Positions 17,253 through 25,688 of a DNA stretch of 25,688 nucleotides are shown here, piece after piece (position 1 is the first letter of the stretch; every line of letters starts with the position of its first letter). Source of the DNA: a virus (taxonomy: Duplodnaviria; Heunggongvirae; Uroviricota; Caudoviricetes); IMG/VR virus record IMGVR_UViG_2925939204_000005. The stretch is one strand, 5' to 3'. Both the position numbers and the translations under genes were made by a program. The notes under the pieces were generated by a model that saw only the letters and a program-made list of their open reading frames with translations, made no database searches and had not been told where the DNA came from.

Positions 17253-17468
17253 ATGAAATCCATGGATAAGTTAACAACGGGCATCGCCTACAGCACCTCT
17301 GCAGGCAGTGCTGGCTACTGGTTTTTACAGTTGCTCGATAAAGTCACGCCCTCACAGTGGGCGGCAATAGGTGTGCTGGGTAGCCTGGTATTTGGCCTGC
17401 TGACGTACCTGACAAACCTTTATTTCAAGATTAAAGAAGATAAGCGCAAGGCTGCGAGAGGTGAATAA
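17253..17468 (+). CDS. Class II holin (phage 21 S / EssD-like pinholin, 71 aa)
   Basis: [24 protein letters not shown]...: two TM segments, dual-start motif (Met1/Met4), charged C-terminus; GGAGGTGAGG SD. Confidence 0.85.
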   Translation: MKSMDKLTTGIAYSTSAGSAGYWFLQLLDKVTPSQWAAIGVLGSLVFGLLTYLTNLYFKIKEDKRKAARGE

Positions 17469-17965
17469 TGCCTCCATCATTACGAAAAGCCGTTGCTGCT
17501 GCTATTGGTGGCGGAGCAATTGCTATAGCATCAGTGTTAATTACTGGCCCAAGTGGTAACGATGGTCTGGAAGGTGTCAGCTACATACCATACAAAGATA
17601 TTGTTGGTGTATGGACTGTATGTCACGGGCATACAGGAAAAGACATCATGTTCGGTAAAACGTATACCAAAGCAGAATGCAAAGCCCTCCTGAATAAAGA
17701 CCTTGCCACGGTCGCCAGACAAATTAACCCGTACATCAAAGTCGATATACCGGAAACAATGCGCGGCGCTCTTTACTCATTCGTTTACAACGTGGGTGCT
17801 GGCAATTTCAGAACATCGACGCTTCTTCGCAAAATAAACCAGGGCGATATCAAAGGCGCATGTGATCAGCTACGTCGCTGGACATATGCTGGCGGTAAGC
17901 AATGGAAAGGTCTCATGACTCGTCGTGAGATTGAGCGTGAAATCTGTTTGTGGGGTCAGCAATGA
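17468..17965 (+). CDS. SAR endolysin (T4-lysozyme-like muramidase, phage 21 R-like)
   Basis: N-terminal Gly/Ala-rich signal-anchor-release segment ([18 protein letters not shown]) and catalytic E-x8-D-x5-T triad ([16 protein letters not shown]); start overlaps the holin stop. Confidence 0.85.
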   Translation: MPPSLRKAVAAAIGGGAIAIASVLITGPSGNDGLEGVSYIPYKDIVGVWTVCHGHTGKDIMFGKTYTKAECKALLNKDLATVARQINPYIKVDIPETMRGALYSFVYNVGAGNFRTSTLLRKINQGDIKGACDQLRRWTYAGGKQWKGLMTRREIEREICLWGQQ

Positions 17966-18423
17966 ACAGAGTAACCGCGATTATCTCCGCTCTGGTTATC
18001 TGCATCATCGTCGGCCTGTCATGGGCTGTTAATCATTACCGTGATAACGCCATTACCTACAAAGCCCAGCGCGACAAAAATGCCAGAGAACTGAAGCTGG
18101 CGAACGCGGCAATTACTGACATGCAGATGCGTCAGCGTGATGTTGCTGCGCTCGATGCAAAATACACGAAGGAGTTAGCTGATGCGAAAGCTGAAAATGA
18201 TGCTCTGCGTGATGATGTTGCCGCTGGTCGTCGTCGGTTGCACATCAAAGCAGTCTGTCAGTCAGTGCGTGAAGCCACCACCGCCTCCGGCGTGGATAAT
18301 GCAGCCTCCCCCCGACTGGCAGACACCGCTGAACGGGATTATTTCACCCTCAGAGAGAGGCTGATCACTATGCAAAAACAACTGGAAGGAACCCAGAAGT
18401 ATATTAATGAGCAGTGCAGATAG
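17962..18423 (+). CDS. Rz i-spanin
   Basis: [21 protein letters not shown]...: N-terminal TM anchor followed by a coiled-coil-rich periplasmic domain; start overlaps the endolysin stop. Confidence 0.8.
   Translation: MNRVTAIISALVICIIVGLSWAVNHYRDNAITYKAQRDKNARELKLANAAITDMQMRQRDVAALDAKYTKELADAKAENDALRDDVAAGRRRLHIKAVCQSVREATTASGVDNAASPRLADTAERDYFTLRERLITMQKQLEGTQKYINEQCR
18182..18364 (+). CDS. Rz1 o-spanin (lipoprotein embedded in Rz in the +1 frame)
   Basis: 60-aa ORF wholly inside Rz: signal peptide with lipobox Cys (LVVVGC) and proline-rich mature region ([15 protein letters not shown]). Confidence 0.75.
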   Translation: MRKLKMMLCVMMLPLVVVGCTSKQSVSQCVKPPPPPAWIMQPPPDWQTPLNGIISPSERG

Positions 18424-18454
18424 AGCTGCCCATATCGATGGGCAGCTCATGCAA

Positions 18455-18748
18455 TTATTGTGAGCAATACACACGCGCTTCCAGCGGAGTATAAATGCCT
18501 AAAGTAATAAAACCGAGCAATCCATTTACGAATGTTTGCTGGGTTTCTGTTTTAACAACATTTTCTGCGCCGCCACAAATTTTGGCTGCATCAACAGTTT
18601 TCTCCTGTCCAATTCCCGAAACGAAGAAGTGATGGGTGATGGTTTCCTTTGGTGTTACTGCTGTCGGTTTGTTTCCAACAGTAAACGTCTGTTGAGCACA
18701 TCCTGTAATAAGCATTGCCAGAGCGGCAGAAAACAACATTTTTTTCAT
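18455..18748 (-). CDS. bor: Bor lipoprotein (serum-resistance protein, 97 aa)
   Basis: Internal Met of ORF 18455..18796: MKKMLFSAALAMLITGCAQQTFTVGNKPTAVTPKETITHHFFVSGIGQ..., recognised as lambda Bor; lipobox LITGC; opposite strand downstream of Rz as in lambda. Confidence 0.85.
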   Translation of the reverse strand: MKKMLFSAALAMLITGCAQQTFTVGNKPTAVTPKETITHHFFVSGIGQEKTVDAAKICGGAENVVKTETQQTFVNGLLGFITLGIYTPLEARVYCSQ

Positions 18749-19440
18749 CTTATTATCCTGCATTGTTAAAAACGGCAGAATCCTATGTGACAACAATTAA
18801 ACGATAGTTAAATGGATTGATGAAAATTAAAACTATATAGGTGTACGCTCAGACTATTGGAGGAAGTTGGGGACACTCAGAATCCTGTGGAATGAAATAA
18901 ACCGGTCTATCCGTCTATTACCCTTTTAGCTGCGCTGTATCGTCGCCGTATTCCCGTATTAACAGAGACCGTAGCCCGACGGGGAACTCCTTCTGCGCGA
19001 GTATGCGGGAATAATCAAAAACGATGCACACCGGGTTTTTACCGCGTTTATGGTTCGCGGGTTTGTCCCTCATGCTCGCCAGTCCTGTGCGGGGGTGGAA
19101 GAAACAGGACACTTACACAGATTCTTGTGGGCACGATGCTATGCCTTTCTGGATTATCCCGATGCCATTCATGCAAGGCGTTGTATCAGACGTTCGTCAG
19201 AGCTGTCAGGCTGACGGGTCCTCCCGGTGGGGTGGCCTGCCACGGGGCGGGAGCGTCGCGGAAAAAGGCTAGTTTTTGCATTTCCATGGCGGCGGCAGCA
19301 TGTTTGGTAATTTATTGATAATTAAAAGTTATTTCTCTTTTCAGCTGTACAATATTTTTTTCTCCCTGTCATTAGACTAGTTTGCAATTAATTGAAATAT
19401 ATAAATAAACCTGATTTTCACCTGCCAGATGGAGTTGCTT

Positions 19441-19968
19441 ATGTCAAATGTGAGCGGGATCGGTGATGCTTATTACTGGAGTGTTTTTAAAATCGCCGAG
19501 GCCTTTGGGCTTCACCGGGACACAGTAAAAAAACGGCTCCTCGCGGCCAACACTCCTGTGGCTGCGACTGTCAGGGGGAACCCCGTTTACGCCCTGCAGC
19601 ATGTCGGGCCCGCCCTGTTTAGTGTGAAGCATGAGGCAGCAGACTCTGTTCATGATCCATCCCGTATGGAGCCGAAAGAGAGAAAGGACTGGTACCAGTC
19701 TGAAAATGAAAGGATCAAGCTGGAAAAGGAGCAGCGAAAACTCATCCCAGTTGATGAAGTAGTCATCGTCTATTCGTCCATGAGAAAGGCTGTCGTCCAG
19801 GTTCTGGAGACAATTCCGGATGTTCTTGAACGCGATTGCGCCCTGACTCCTCAGGCCGTCGGCGTTGTACAGCAGGCCATTGATGACCTGCGATACACTC
19901 TTCAGGAAAAATCCTACGAGGCTTGTGCTGCTGAATTAATTCCTGATGAGGAAGGAGAGAGTCTCTAG
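19441..19968 (+). CDS. Terminase small subunit (Nu1/gp1-like DNA-packaging protein)
   Basis: N-terminal HTH-like segment (YYWSVFKIAEAFGLHRDTVKKRLL), acidic C-terminus, immediately upstream of and translationally adjacent to the large terminase. GGAG SD favours the ATG at 19441 over 19429. Confidence 0.65.
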   Translation: MSNVSGIGDAYYWSVFKIAEAFGLHRDTVKKRLLAANTPVAATVRGNPVYALQHVGPALFSVKHEAADSVHDPSRMEPKERKDWYQSENERIKLEKEQRKLIPVDEVVIVYSSMRKAVVQVLETIPDVLERDCALTPQAVGVVQQAIDDLRYTLQEKSYEACAAELIPDEEGESL

Positions 19969-19976
19969 GAGGAATA

Positions 19977-21287
19977 ATGGGTTTTTCATCAGCCCGAAAT
20001 TTGGGAAGGGACATATCGGCAGGATTTTCCCCACCACGTCGCATGCCGATTTCGGAGGCTGTTAAAAAATTCATGCGTGTTCCCAAGGGGGCTGGTAACT
20101 CGGTGCCATGGGATCCTGAACTGACACCCTACATCATTGAGCCCATGAACTGCCTGGCATCGCGTGAATACGATGCGGTGATTTTTGTTGGTCCTGCGCG
20201 AACAGGGAAGACCATTGGTCTGATCGATGGATGGATTGTCTATACCATCGTTTGCGATCCTTCGGACATGCTCGTTGTGCAGATGACCGAAGATAAGGCC
20301 CGCGAGCATTCTAAAAAGCGCCTCGACAGAACGTTCAGAAGCAGTGCGGCGGTAAAGAAAAGAATGAGTCCACGTCGTAACGACAATAATGTCCATGATA
20401 AGACGTTCAGGGATGGCTCGTTCCTTAAAATTGGTTGGCCCTCGGTCAACATTATGTCGTCGTCGGATTACCGGTTTGTCGCCTTAACCGATTACGACCG
20501 TTTTCCGGAGAATATCGACAGCGAGGGTGATGGTTTCTCCCTGGCCTCAAAACGTACCACCACATTTATGTCCGCCGGGATGACTCTGGTGGAGAGCTCG
20601 CCGGGACGTGACATCTGCGACAGCAAATGGCGACGTAAGTCGCCTCATGAAGCGCCACCGACGACTGGTATTCTTTCCCTTTACAATCGTGGTGACCGCC
20701 GCCGCTGGTACTGGCCATGTCCGCACTGCGGTGAATATTTTCAGCCAGCTATGGATGCCATGACCGGCTACCGTAATGAACCGGATCCCTTTAAAGCCAG
20801 TGAGGCGGCGTATCTACTTTGCCCACACTGCAGCGGCATTATCACTGCGGAGAAAAAGCGTGAGCTCAATAGTGCAGGAGTCTGGTTGCGTGAAGGTCAG
20901 GTCATTGATCGTAACGGCAACGTTTCCGGTGAACCGCGCCGCTCCCGTATCGCCAGTTTCTGGATGGAAGGGCCAGCTGCTGCGTATCAGGCCTGGGCGC
21001 AACTGGTTTACAAATTACTGACTGCAGAACAGGAGTATGAAGCGACAGGAAGAGAAGAAACACTCAGGGCGGTTATCAACACCGACTGGGGATTACCTTA
21101 TCTTCCCCGCGCCAGCATGGAGCAACGAAAAAGTGAACTGCTTGAGCAGCGGGCAGAGCCAGTTCCTTCCCGCAGTGTGCCAGATGGCGTTAATTTCCTT
21201 GTGGCGACAGTGGATGTGCAGGCGGGACGTCATCGCCGTTTTGTGGTTCAGGTACCGGAGTCGGAAGTTGCCGGACCCTGCAGATGA
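19977..21287 (+). pseudogene. Terminase large subunit, C-terminally truncated (first about 425 codons only)
   Basis: AGGAGG SD; zinc-ribbon-like motif WYWPCPHCGEYFQ comparable to lambda gpA. The frame ends about 10 codons after [19 protein letters not shown], at the start of the expected nuclease domain, where the sequence switches to tail-fibre sequence. Confidence 0.8.
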
Positions 21288-22090
21288 AGGCGCATTACAG
21301 AAATGGTGGTCTGTTCTACCGTTCTTCAAGAGACGGTTATGGTTTTGAGGAAGGCTGGGCAGAAGTTTATACCTCGAAAAATCTTCCACCAGAAAGCTAC
21401 CCAGTCGGCGCACCAATCCCGTGGCCATCAGATACCGTTCCGTCTGGTTATGCCCTGATGCAGGGGCAGACTTTTGACAAATCTGCCTACCCAAAACTTG
21501 CAGCCGCTTATCCGTCAGGCGTGATCCCTGATATGCGTGGCTGGACGATTAAGGGCAAACCTGCCAGTGGTCGGGCCGTATTGTCTCAGGAACAGGACGG
21601 CATTAAATCGCACACCCACAGCGCCAGCGCATCCAGTACGGATTTGGGGACGAAAACCACATCGTCGTTTGATTACGGAACCAAATCCACGAATAACACC
21701 GGGGCGCATACCCATAGTATTAGCGGGACCGCAAATAGTGCCGGTGCGCACCAACACAAGAGTTCCGGTGCATTTGGTGGCACGAACACGAGCATTTTCC
21801 CTAATGGTTATACCGCGATTTCAAATCTAAGCGCGGGGATTATGAGCACAACAAGCGGTAGTGGCCAGACTCGTAATGCAGGGAAGACATCATCAGATGG
21901 TGCTCATACCCACTCGCTGTCCGGCACTGCTGCAAGCGCAGGCGCACATGCACATACTGTCGGTATTGGTGCTCATACGCACTCCGTTGCGATTGGCTCA
22001 CATGGACACACCATCACCGTTAACGCTGCTGGTAACGCGGAAAACACCGTCAAAAACATCGCATTTAACTATATTGTGAGGCTTGCATAA
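21284..22090 (+). pseudogene. Side tail fibre protein (Stf) C-terminal fragment
   Basis: 268-aa ORF with G-A-H-T/Q-H-S repeats and the conserved ending [14 protein letters not shown] typical of lambdoid Stf C-termini; the N-terminal part (typically several hundred codons) is missing. The true 5' boundary is the deletion junction near 21250..21285. Confidence 0.75.
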
Positions 22091-22671
22091 TGGCATTCAG
22101 AATGAGTGAACAAGCACGGACCATAAAAATTTATAATCTGCTGGCCGGAACTAATGAATTTATTGGTGAAGGTGACGCATATATTCCGCCTCATACAGGT
22201 CTGCCAGCAAACAGTACCGATATTGCACCACCAGATATTCCGGCAGGCTTCGTGGCTGTTTTCAACAGTGATGAGGCATCGTGGCATCTCGTTGAAGACC
22301 ATCGGGGTAAAACGGTTTATGACGTGGCTTCCGGCGACGCGTTATTTATTTCTGAACTCGGTCCGTTACCGGAAAATGTTACCTGGTTGTCGCCGGGAGG
22401 GGAATATCAGAAGTGGAACGGCACAGCCTGGGTGAAGGATACGGAAGCAGAAAAACTGTTCCGGATCCGGGAGGCAGAAGAAACAAAAAACAGCCTGATG
22501 CAGGTAGCCAGTGAGCATATTGCGCCACTTCAGGATGCTGTAGATCTGGAAATCGCAACGGAGGAAGAAATCTCGTTGCTGGAAGCCTGGAAGAAGTATC
22601 GGGTGTTGCTGAACCGTGTTAATACAACAACTGCACCGGATATTGAATGGCCAGTAGCACCTATAGGGTAA
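22090..22671 (+). CDS. Tail fibre assembly protein Tfa (193 aa)
   Basis: ATG overlaps the stf stop (TAATG); conserved C-terminal motif [29 protein letters not shown]. Confidence 0.85.
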   Translation: MAFRMSEQARTIKIYNLLAGTNEFIGEGDAYIPPHTGLPANSTDIAPPDIPAGFVAVFNSDEASWHLVEDHRGKTVYDVASGDALFISELGPLPENVTWLSPGGEYQKWNGTAWVKDTEAEKLFRIREAEETKNSLMQVASEHIAPLQDAVDLEIATEEEISLLEAWKKYRVLLNRVNTTTAPDIEWPVAPIG

Positions 22672-23259
22672 ATTCGTAATGATTACCTAAATACGTTATT
22701 CTTTTGTTCAAAAAGTGATTTTGCTATAGGTAGGGAGTATGTTCTTGGATTAAGAATAAAAATCGCCATGAAAGAGCTTCATGGCGAGTACATAAACGTA
22801 CAAAATATGATGAAAGTAGAGTGGCGTAAGCCACTATATTAAGATATGACAATAGCGAAGAAAAGTAAATAACATTTTATGGGCGTTTAATTGTCAATTA
22901 TAAAAACTAGAGTGCCCGATATTGTTTATCTTGCTTTAAAATAATGTACTCAAACCAAATTTTTGAGCTAAAAGCTCAAATAATATAAATGCAATGATAA
23001 TGTTTAATAAGACAATTAGCTTGCTTTGTATTTTCATTTCGGAATACTGTTAAGTAACTTTGATGACACTAACAATAGATCGGAATTTTCTTAGAGTCAA
23101 TGGTCACTGTTTTTGCTTGCAAAGCAAATGTTTTTGGTGGTTATAAGTTTTCTTAATATAGTCACCTATGCAACTTGTTCCTTGTGGAGATTAAAGGTTA
23201 AAATTTAATGCGAAGATGGAATTATAATATATTTTTTTATAATTAATTTAACCTTAACA

Positions 23260-23358
23260 TCGTTGCTGGCGGCATGGAAGAAATATCGGGTCTTGCTGAT
23301 GTCGTGTTGGCACTTCCTTAGTGCGGTTATCGAATGGCCAGCTGTACCTGTGGGGTAA
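23260..23358 (+). pseudogene. Fossil tfa 3' end (C-terminal about 33 codons only)
   Basis: Aligns by eye to the 3' end of tfa (22566..22671) and translates to [32 protein letters not shown]-stop. No upstream tfa body; AT-rich flanks. Confidence 0.6.
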
Positions 23359-24014
23359 AAACTTTATATGGGTGCTATTTTTATAATAGCTGGTAAAAAC
23401 TGGCCGAACTGAAATTCACTGTTGATAAAAAAGATGTGTTTGAGTGTATGTCATTGTTTTCTTAATGGAATCCACTAGAATGCAGCGAATTTAAGAAGGT
23501 GGGTTTTTATTGGAATATAAACTACAATAATGCTCAACTCGTTCGTAGAATTGTTTTTTCTTATTTTTTGGAATGCTAACCATTATATGCATTATGGGGG
23601 CGATACTTCCTGATAATTTACATGATGCATACATTGAAGCAATAAATTCAATATCATTGTCATCAAAGTTAAAGCTTTCTCCGTCCATTTCAATTCCTTA
23701 TGTGTTTGGCACAACTGATGCTGTATCCCATGAGAATTTATGCAAGTTGTTATGTTTGATTTGATATTGCAATGATAATTGTAGCTAATTGTTTTCAATT
23801 GAGTGAAAGTTTATTTCGAGTGATTAAGTCGAAAAAAAAGATTTCTCACGGTTAGTAAGCGTATTAGGTTAGTATTCAGATATGAATGGTATTAATGACT
23901 AAATTTTCAATCATATATGGATTTTTATGCTGATGAAGATGTTTTATTTGGCGATTCGTCAAGCATCTTCACTTAAGTAATCGTATATTTTAAGAGTGCA
24001 AAAGAGAAAGGGAC

Positions 24015-24115
24015 AACGTTGCTCGCACTCTGGATTAAATATAGGGTGTTGTTAAACTGCGTTGATACATAATTGTACCGGATATTGAGTGGTCTGAAGT
24101 CCCAGTCATTAAGTA
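24015..24115 (+). pseudogene. Second fossil tfa 3' end (frameshifted)
   Basis: Nucleotide similarity to the tfa 3' end; translates in two frames to TLLALWIKYRVLLNCVDT-stop and VPDIEWSEVPVIK-stop. Confidence 0.55.
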
Positions 24116-24404
24116 ATCGTTTCGTGATATGCCGCAGAAACGTTGTATGCAATAACGTTCTGCGGTTGGCTGATGCACTTTCGAGAGTGTATTGAATAAT
24201 TTCAATCCGTTATTGTTTTTACGCGTAACACCATGAAAAGACTGCTTATCTGTTGGGGTATTTTTTGGGGCATATATGGGACAGAAATAGGCCACAGATA
24301 GATAGTAAGATCGAACTCAGGATGCTTTTGAAAAAATGTAACTATCTGAAAAAACCTAGAAAGCGCCAAGGAAACCACAGAATGAGAAAAAACATCTGTG
24401 AATT

Positions 24405-25688
24405 ATGGATTTCCAGTTATATTCGCTCGGCGCAGCGTTGGTGTTTCATGAAATATTTTTTCCTGAATCATCAACGGCAATGGCGTTAATTTTGGCAATG
24501 GGAACCTACGGTGCAGGTTATGTGGCGCGTATTGTCGGAGCATTTATTTTCGGCAAAATGGGCGACAGAATAGGGCGTAAAAAAGTGCTCTTTATTACCA
24601 TCACCATGATGGGGATCTGTACCACCTTAATTGGTGTGTTACCGACCTATGCACAGATTGGTGTTTTTGCCCCCATCTTGCTGGTGACGCTGCGTATTAT
24701 TCAGGGGTTGGGTGCAGGTGCGGAAATTTCCGGTGCCGGTACGATGCTGGCGGAATATGCACCAAAAGGTAAGCGCGGAATTATCTCCTCATTTGTAGCT
24801 ATGGGAACTAACTGCGGAACCTTGAGCGCAACGGCAATCTGGGCCTTTATGTTCTTCATTCTCAGTAAAGAGGAACTGCTGGCGTGGGGATGGCGTATAC
24901 CGTTCCTGGCGAGCGTTGTCGTGATGGTCTTTGCTATCTGGTTACGTATGAATCTGAAAGAAAGCCCGGTCTTTGAGAAGGTTAATGACAGCAACCAACC
25001 CACAGCAAAACCTGCACCTGCTGGTAGCATGTTCCAGAGCAAATCCTTCTGGCTGGCAACAGGGCTGCGTTTTGGTCAGGCGGGTAACTCCGGGTTAATT
25101 CAGACTTTCCTTGCAGGCTATTTAGTGCAGACGTTATTGTTTAACAAAGCAATTCCAACAGATGCATTGATGATTAGTTCGATTCTCGGCTTTATGACCA
25201 TTCCGTTCCTTGGTTGGTTATCCGATAAAATTGGTCGCCGGATCCCGTATATTATTATGAATACCTCCGCGATTGTGCTGGCATGGCCAATGCTTTCTAT
25301 CATTGTAGATAAAAGCTATGCCCCGAGCACCATTATGGTTGCACTGATTGTGATTCATAACTGTGCGGTGCTGGGATTATTTGCTCTGGAAAACATTACC
25401 ATGGCAGAAATGTTCGGCTGTAAAAACCGCTTTACCCGGATGGCCATTTCTAAAGAAATTGGTGGTCTTATCGCTTCCGGTTTTGGTCCTATCCTGGCGG
25501 GTATTTTCTGCACCATGACGGAATCCTGGTATCCGATCGCCATTATGATCATGGCATATTCAGTGATTGGTTTAATCTCTGCGCTGAAAATGCCAGAAGT
25601 GAAAGACCGTGATTTAAGTGCGCTGGAAGACGCTGCGGAAGATCAACCGCGTGTTGTAAGAGCTGCGCAACCTTCCAGAAGTCTGTAA
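24405..25688 (+). CDS. ydfJ: MFS transporter (metabolite:H+ symporter family, YdfJ-like), N-terminally disrupted host gene
   Basis: 427-aa ORF with MFS motifs (GKMGDRIGRKK, second-half LSDKIGRR). The ORF begins inside the conserved N-terminal N-x-x-E-W-x-D-F motif (MDFQLYS...), so the native N-terminus is missing or frameshifted. Confidence 0.8.
   Translation: MDFQLYSLGAALVFHEIFFPESSTAMALILAMGTYGAGYVARIVGAFIFGKMGDRIGRKKVLFITITMMGICTTLIGVLPTYAQIGVFAPILLVTLRIIQGLGAGAEISGAGTMLAEYAPKGKRGIISSFVAMGTNCGTLSATAIWAFMFFILSKEELLAWGWRIPFLASVVVMVFAIWLRMNLKESPVFEKVNDSNQPTAKPAPAGSMFQSKSFWLATGLRFGQAGNSGLIQTFLAGYLVQTLLFNKAIPTDALMISSILGFMTIPFLGWLSDKIGRRIPYIIMNTSAIVLAWPMLSIIVDKSYAPSTIMVALIVIHNCAVLGLFALENITMAEMFGCKNRFTRMAISKEIGGLIASGFGPILAGIFCTMTESWYPIAIMIMAYSVIGLISALKMPEVKDRDLSALEDAAEDQPRVVRAAQPSRSL

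Noticed and set aside
18797-19428. Possible cos site and small ORFs (18918..19112, 19024..19272, 19127..19318) between bor and the small terminase
   Set aside because: cos is expected here by synteny, but I could not recognise the lambda cosN sequence or the R/IHF site pattern by eye, and the ORFs lack SDs and have odd composition. Left unannotated.
19989-21494. Antisense and out-of-frame ORFs across the terminase and stf fragments (for example 19989..20396, 21093..21494, 21515..21757)
   Set aside because: Shadow ORFs within better-supported coding sequence.
21600-22020. Repetitive GAHTHS/GAHAHT motifs, considered as a possible tandem-repeat or CRISPR-like array
   Set aside because: They are in-frame coding repeats of the tail-fibre C-terminal domain, not a spaced direct-repeat array.
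23491-23798. Small overlapping ORFs (65, 63, 68 aa) in the AT-rich DNA between the tfa fossils
   Set aside because: Mutually overlapping on both strands, no SDs, extreme AT content; more likely decayed remnants or non-coding. Cannot support as genes.
24035-24489. ORFs 24035..24295 (-) and 24253..24489 (+) near the ydfJ 5' end
   Set aside because: The first overlaps the tfa fossil antisense; the second is the out-of-frame upstream continuation discussed in the ydfJ finding rather than an independent gene.
1-25688. tRNA or tmRNA gene as integration target, rRNA, CRISPR arrays
   Set aside because: No cloverleaf-like conserved tRNA segments, rRNA-like sequence or regularly spaced direct repeats were seen; the element appears to be integrated in a protein-coding gene (ydfJ-like) instead.

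Overview
This window is a Qin/Dic-type defective lambdoid prophage of Escherichia/Shigella, running from its integrase (left, minus strand) to an N-terminally disrupted host MFS transporter gene (ydfJ-like, right). All calls are from reading the sequence and ORF track against remembered protein families; no searches or computations were run. Left to right: int-xis-exonuclease early-left operon; the dicB division-inhibition operon (ydfD, dicB, dicF sRNA, ydfC, ydfB, ydfA, dicA); divergent dicC followed by a replication-initiator-like gene; a visibly AT-rich cargo island (SMEK-like protein, convergent membrane-protein plus SAM-methyltransferase operon); a hok toxin locus; a DUF968 (YdfU-like) gene and antiterminator Q with a downstream terminator; two morons (Blc-like lipocalin, YbgA-like DUF523/DUF1722 protein); a complete IS1 with no target-site duplication; a phage-21-type lysis cassette (pinholin, SAR endolysin, Rz with embedded Rz1); bor; small terminase; a large terminase truncated and abutted to a side-tail-fibre C-terminal fragment (all head and tail genes deleted); tfa; then about 1.7 kb of AT-rich DNA containing two fossil tfa 3' ends. 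The best candidates for something undescribed are the AT-rich island at about 8.5-11.6 kb and a strongly SD-driven 29-codon hydrophobic ORF just upstream of hok. No rRNA, tRNA or CRISPR array was seen.
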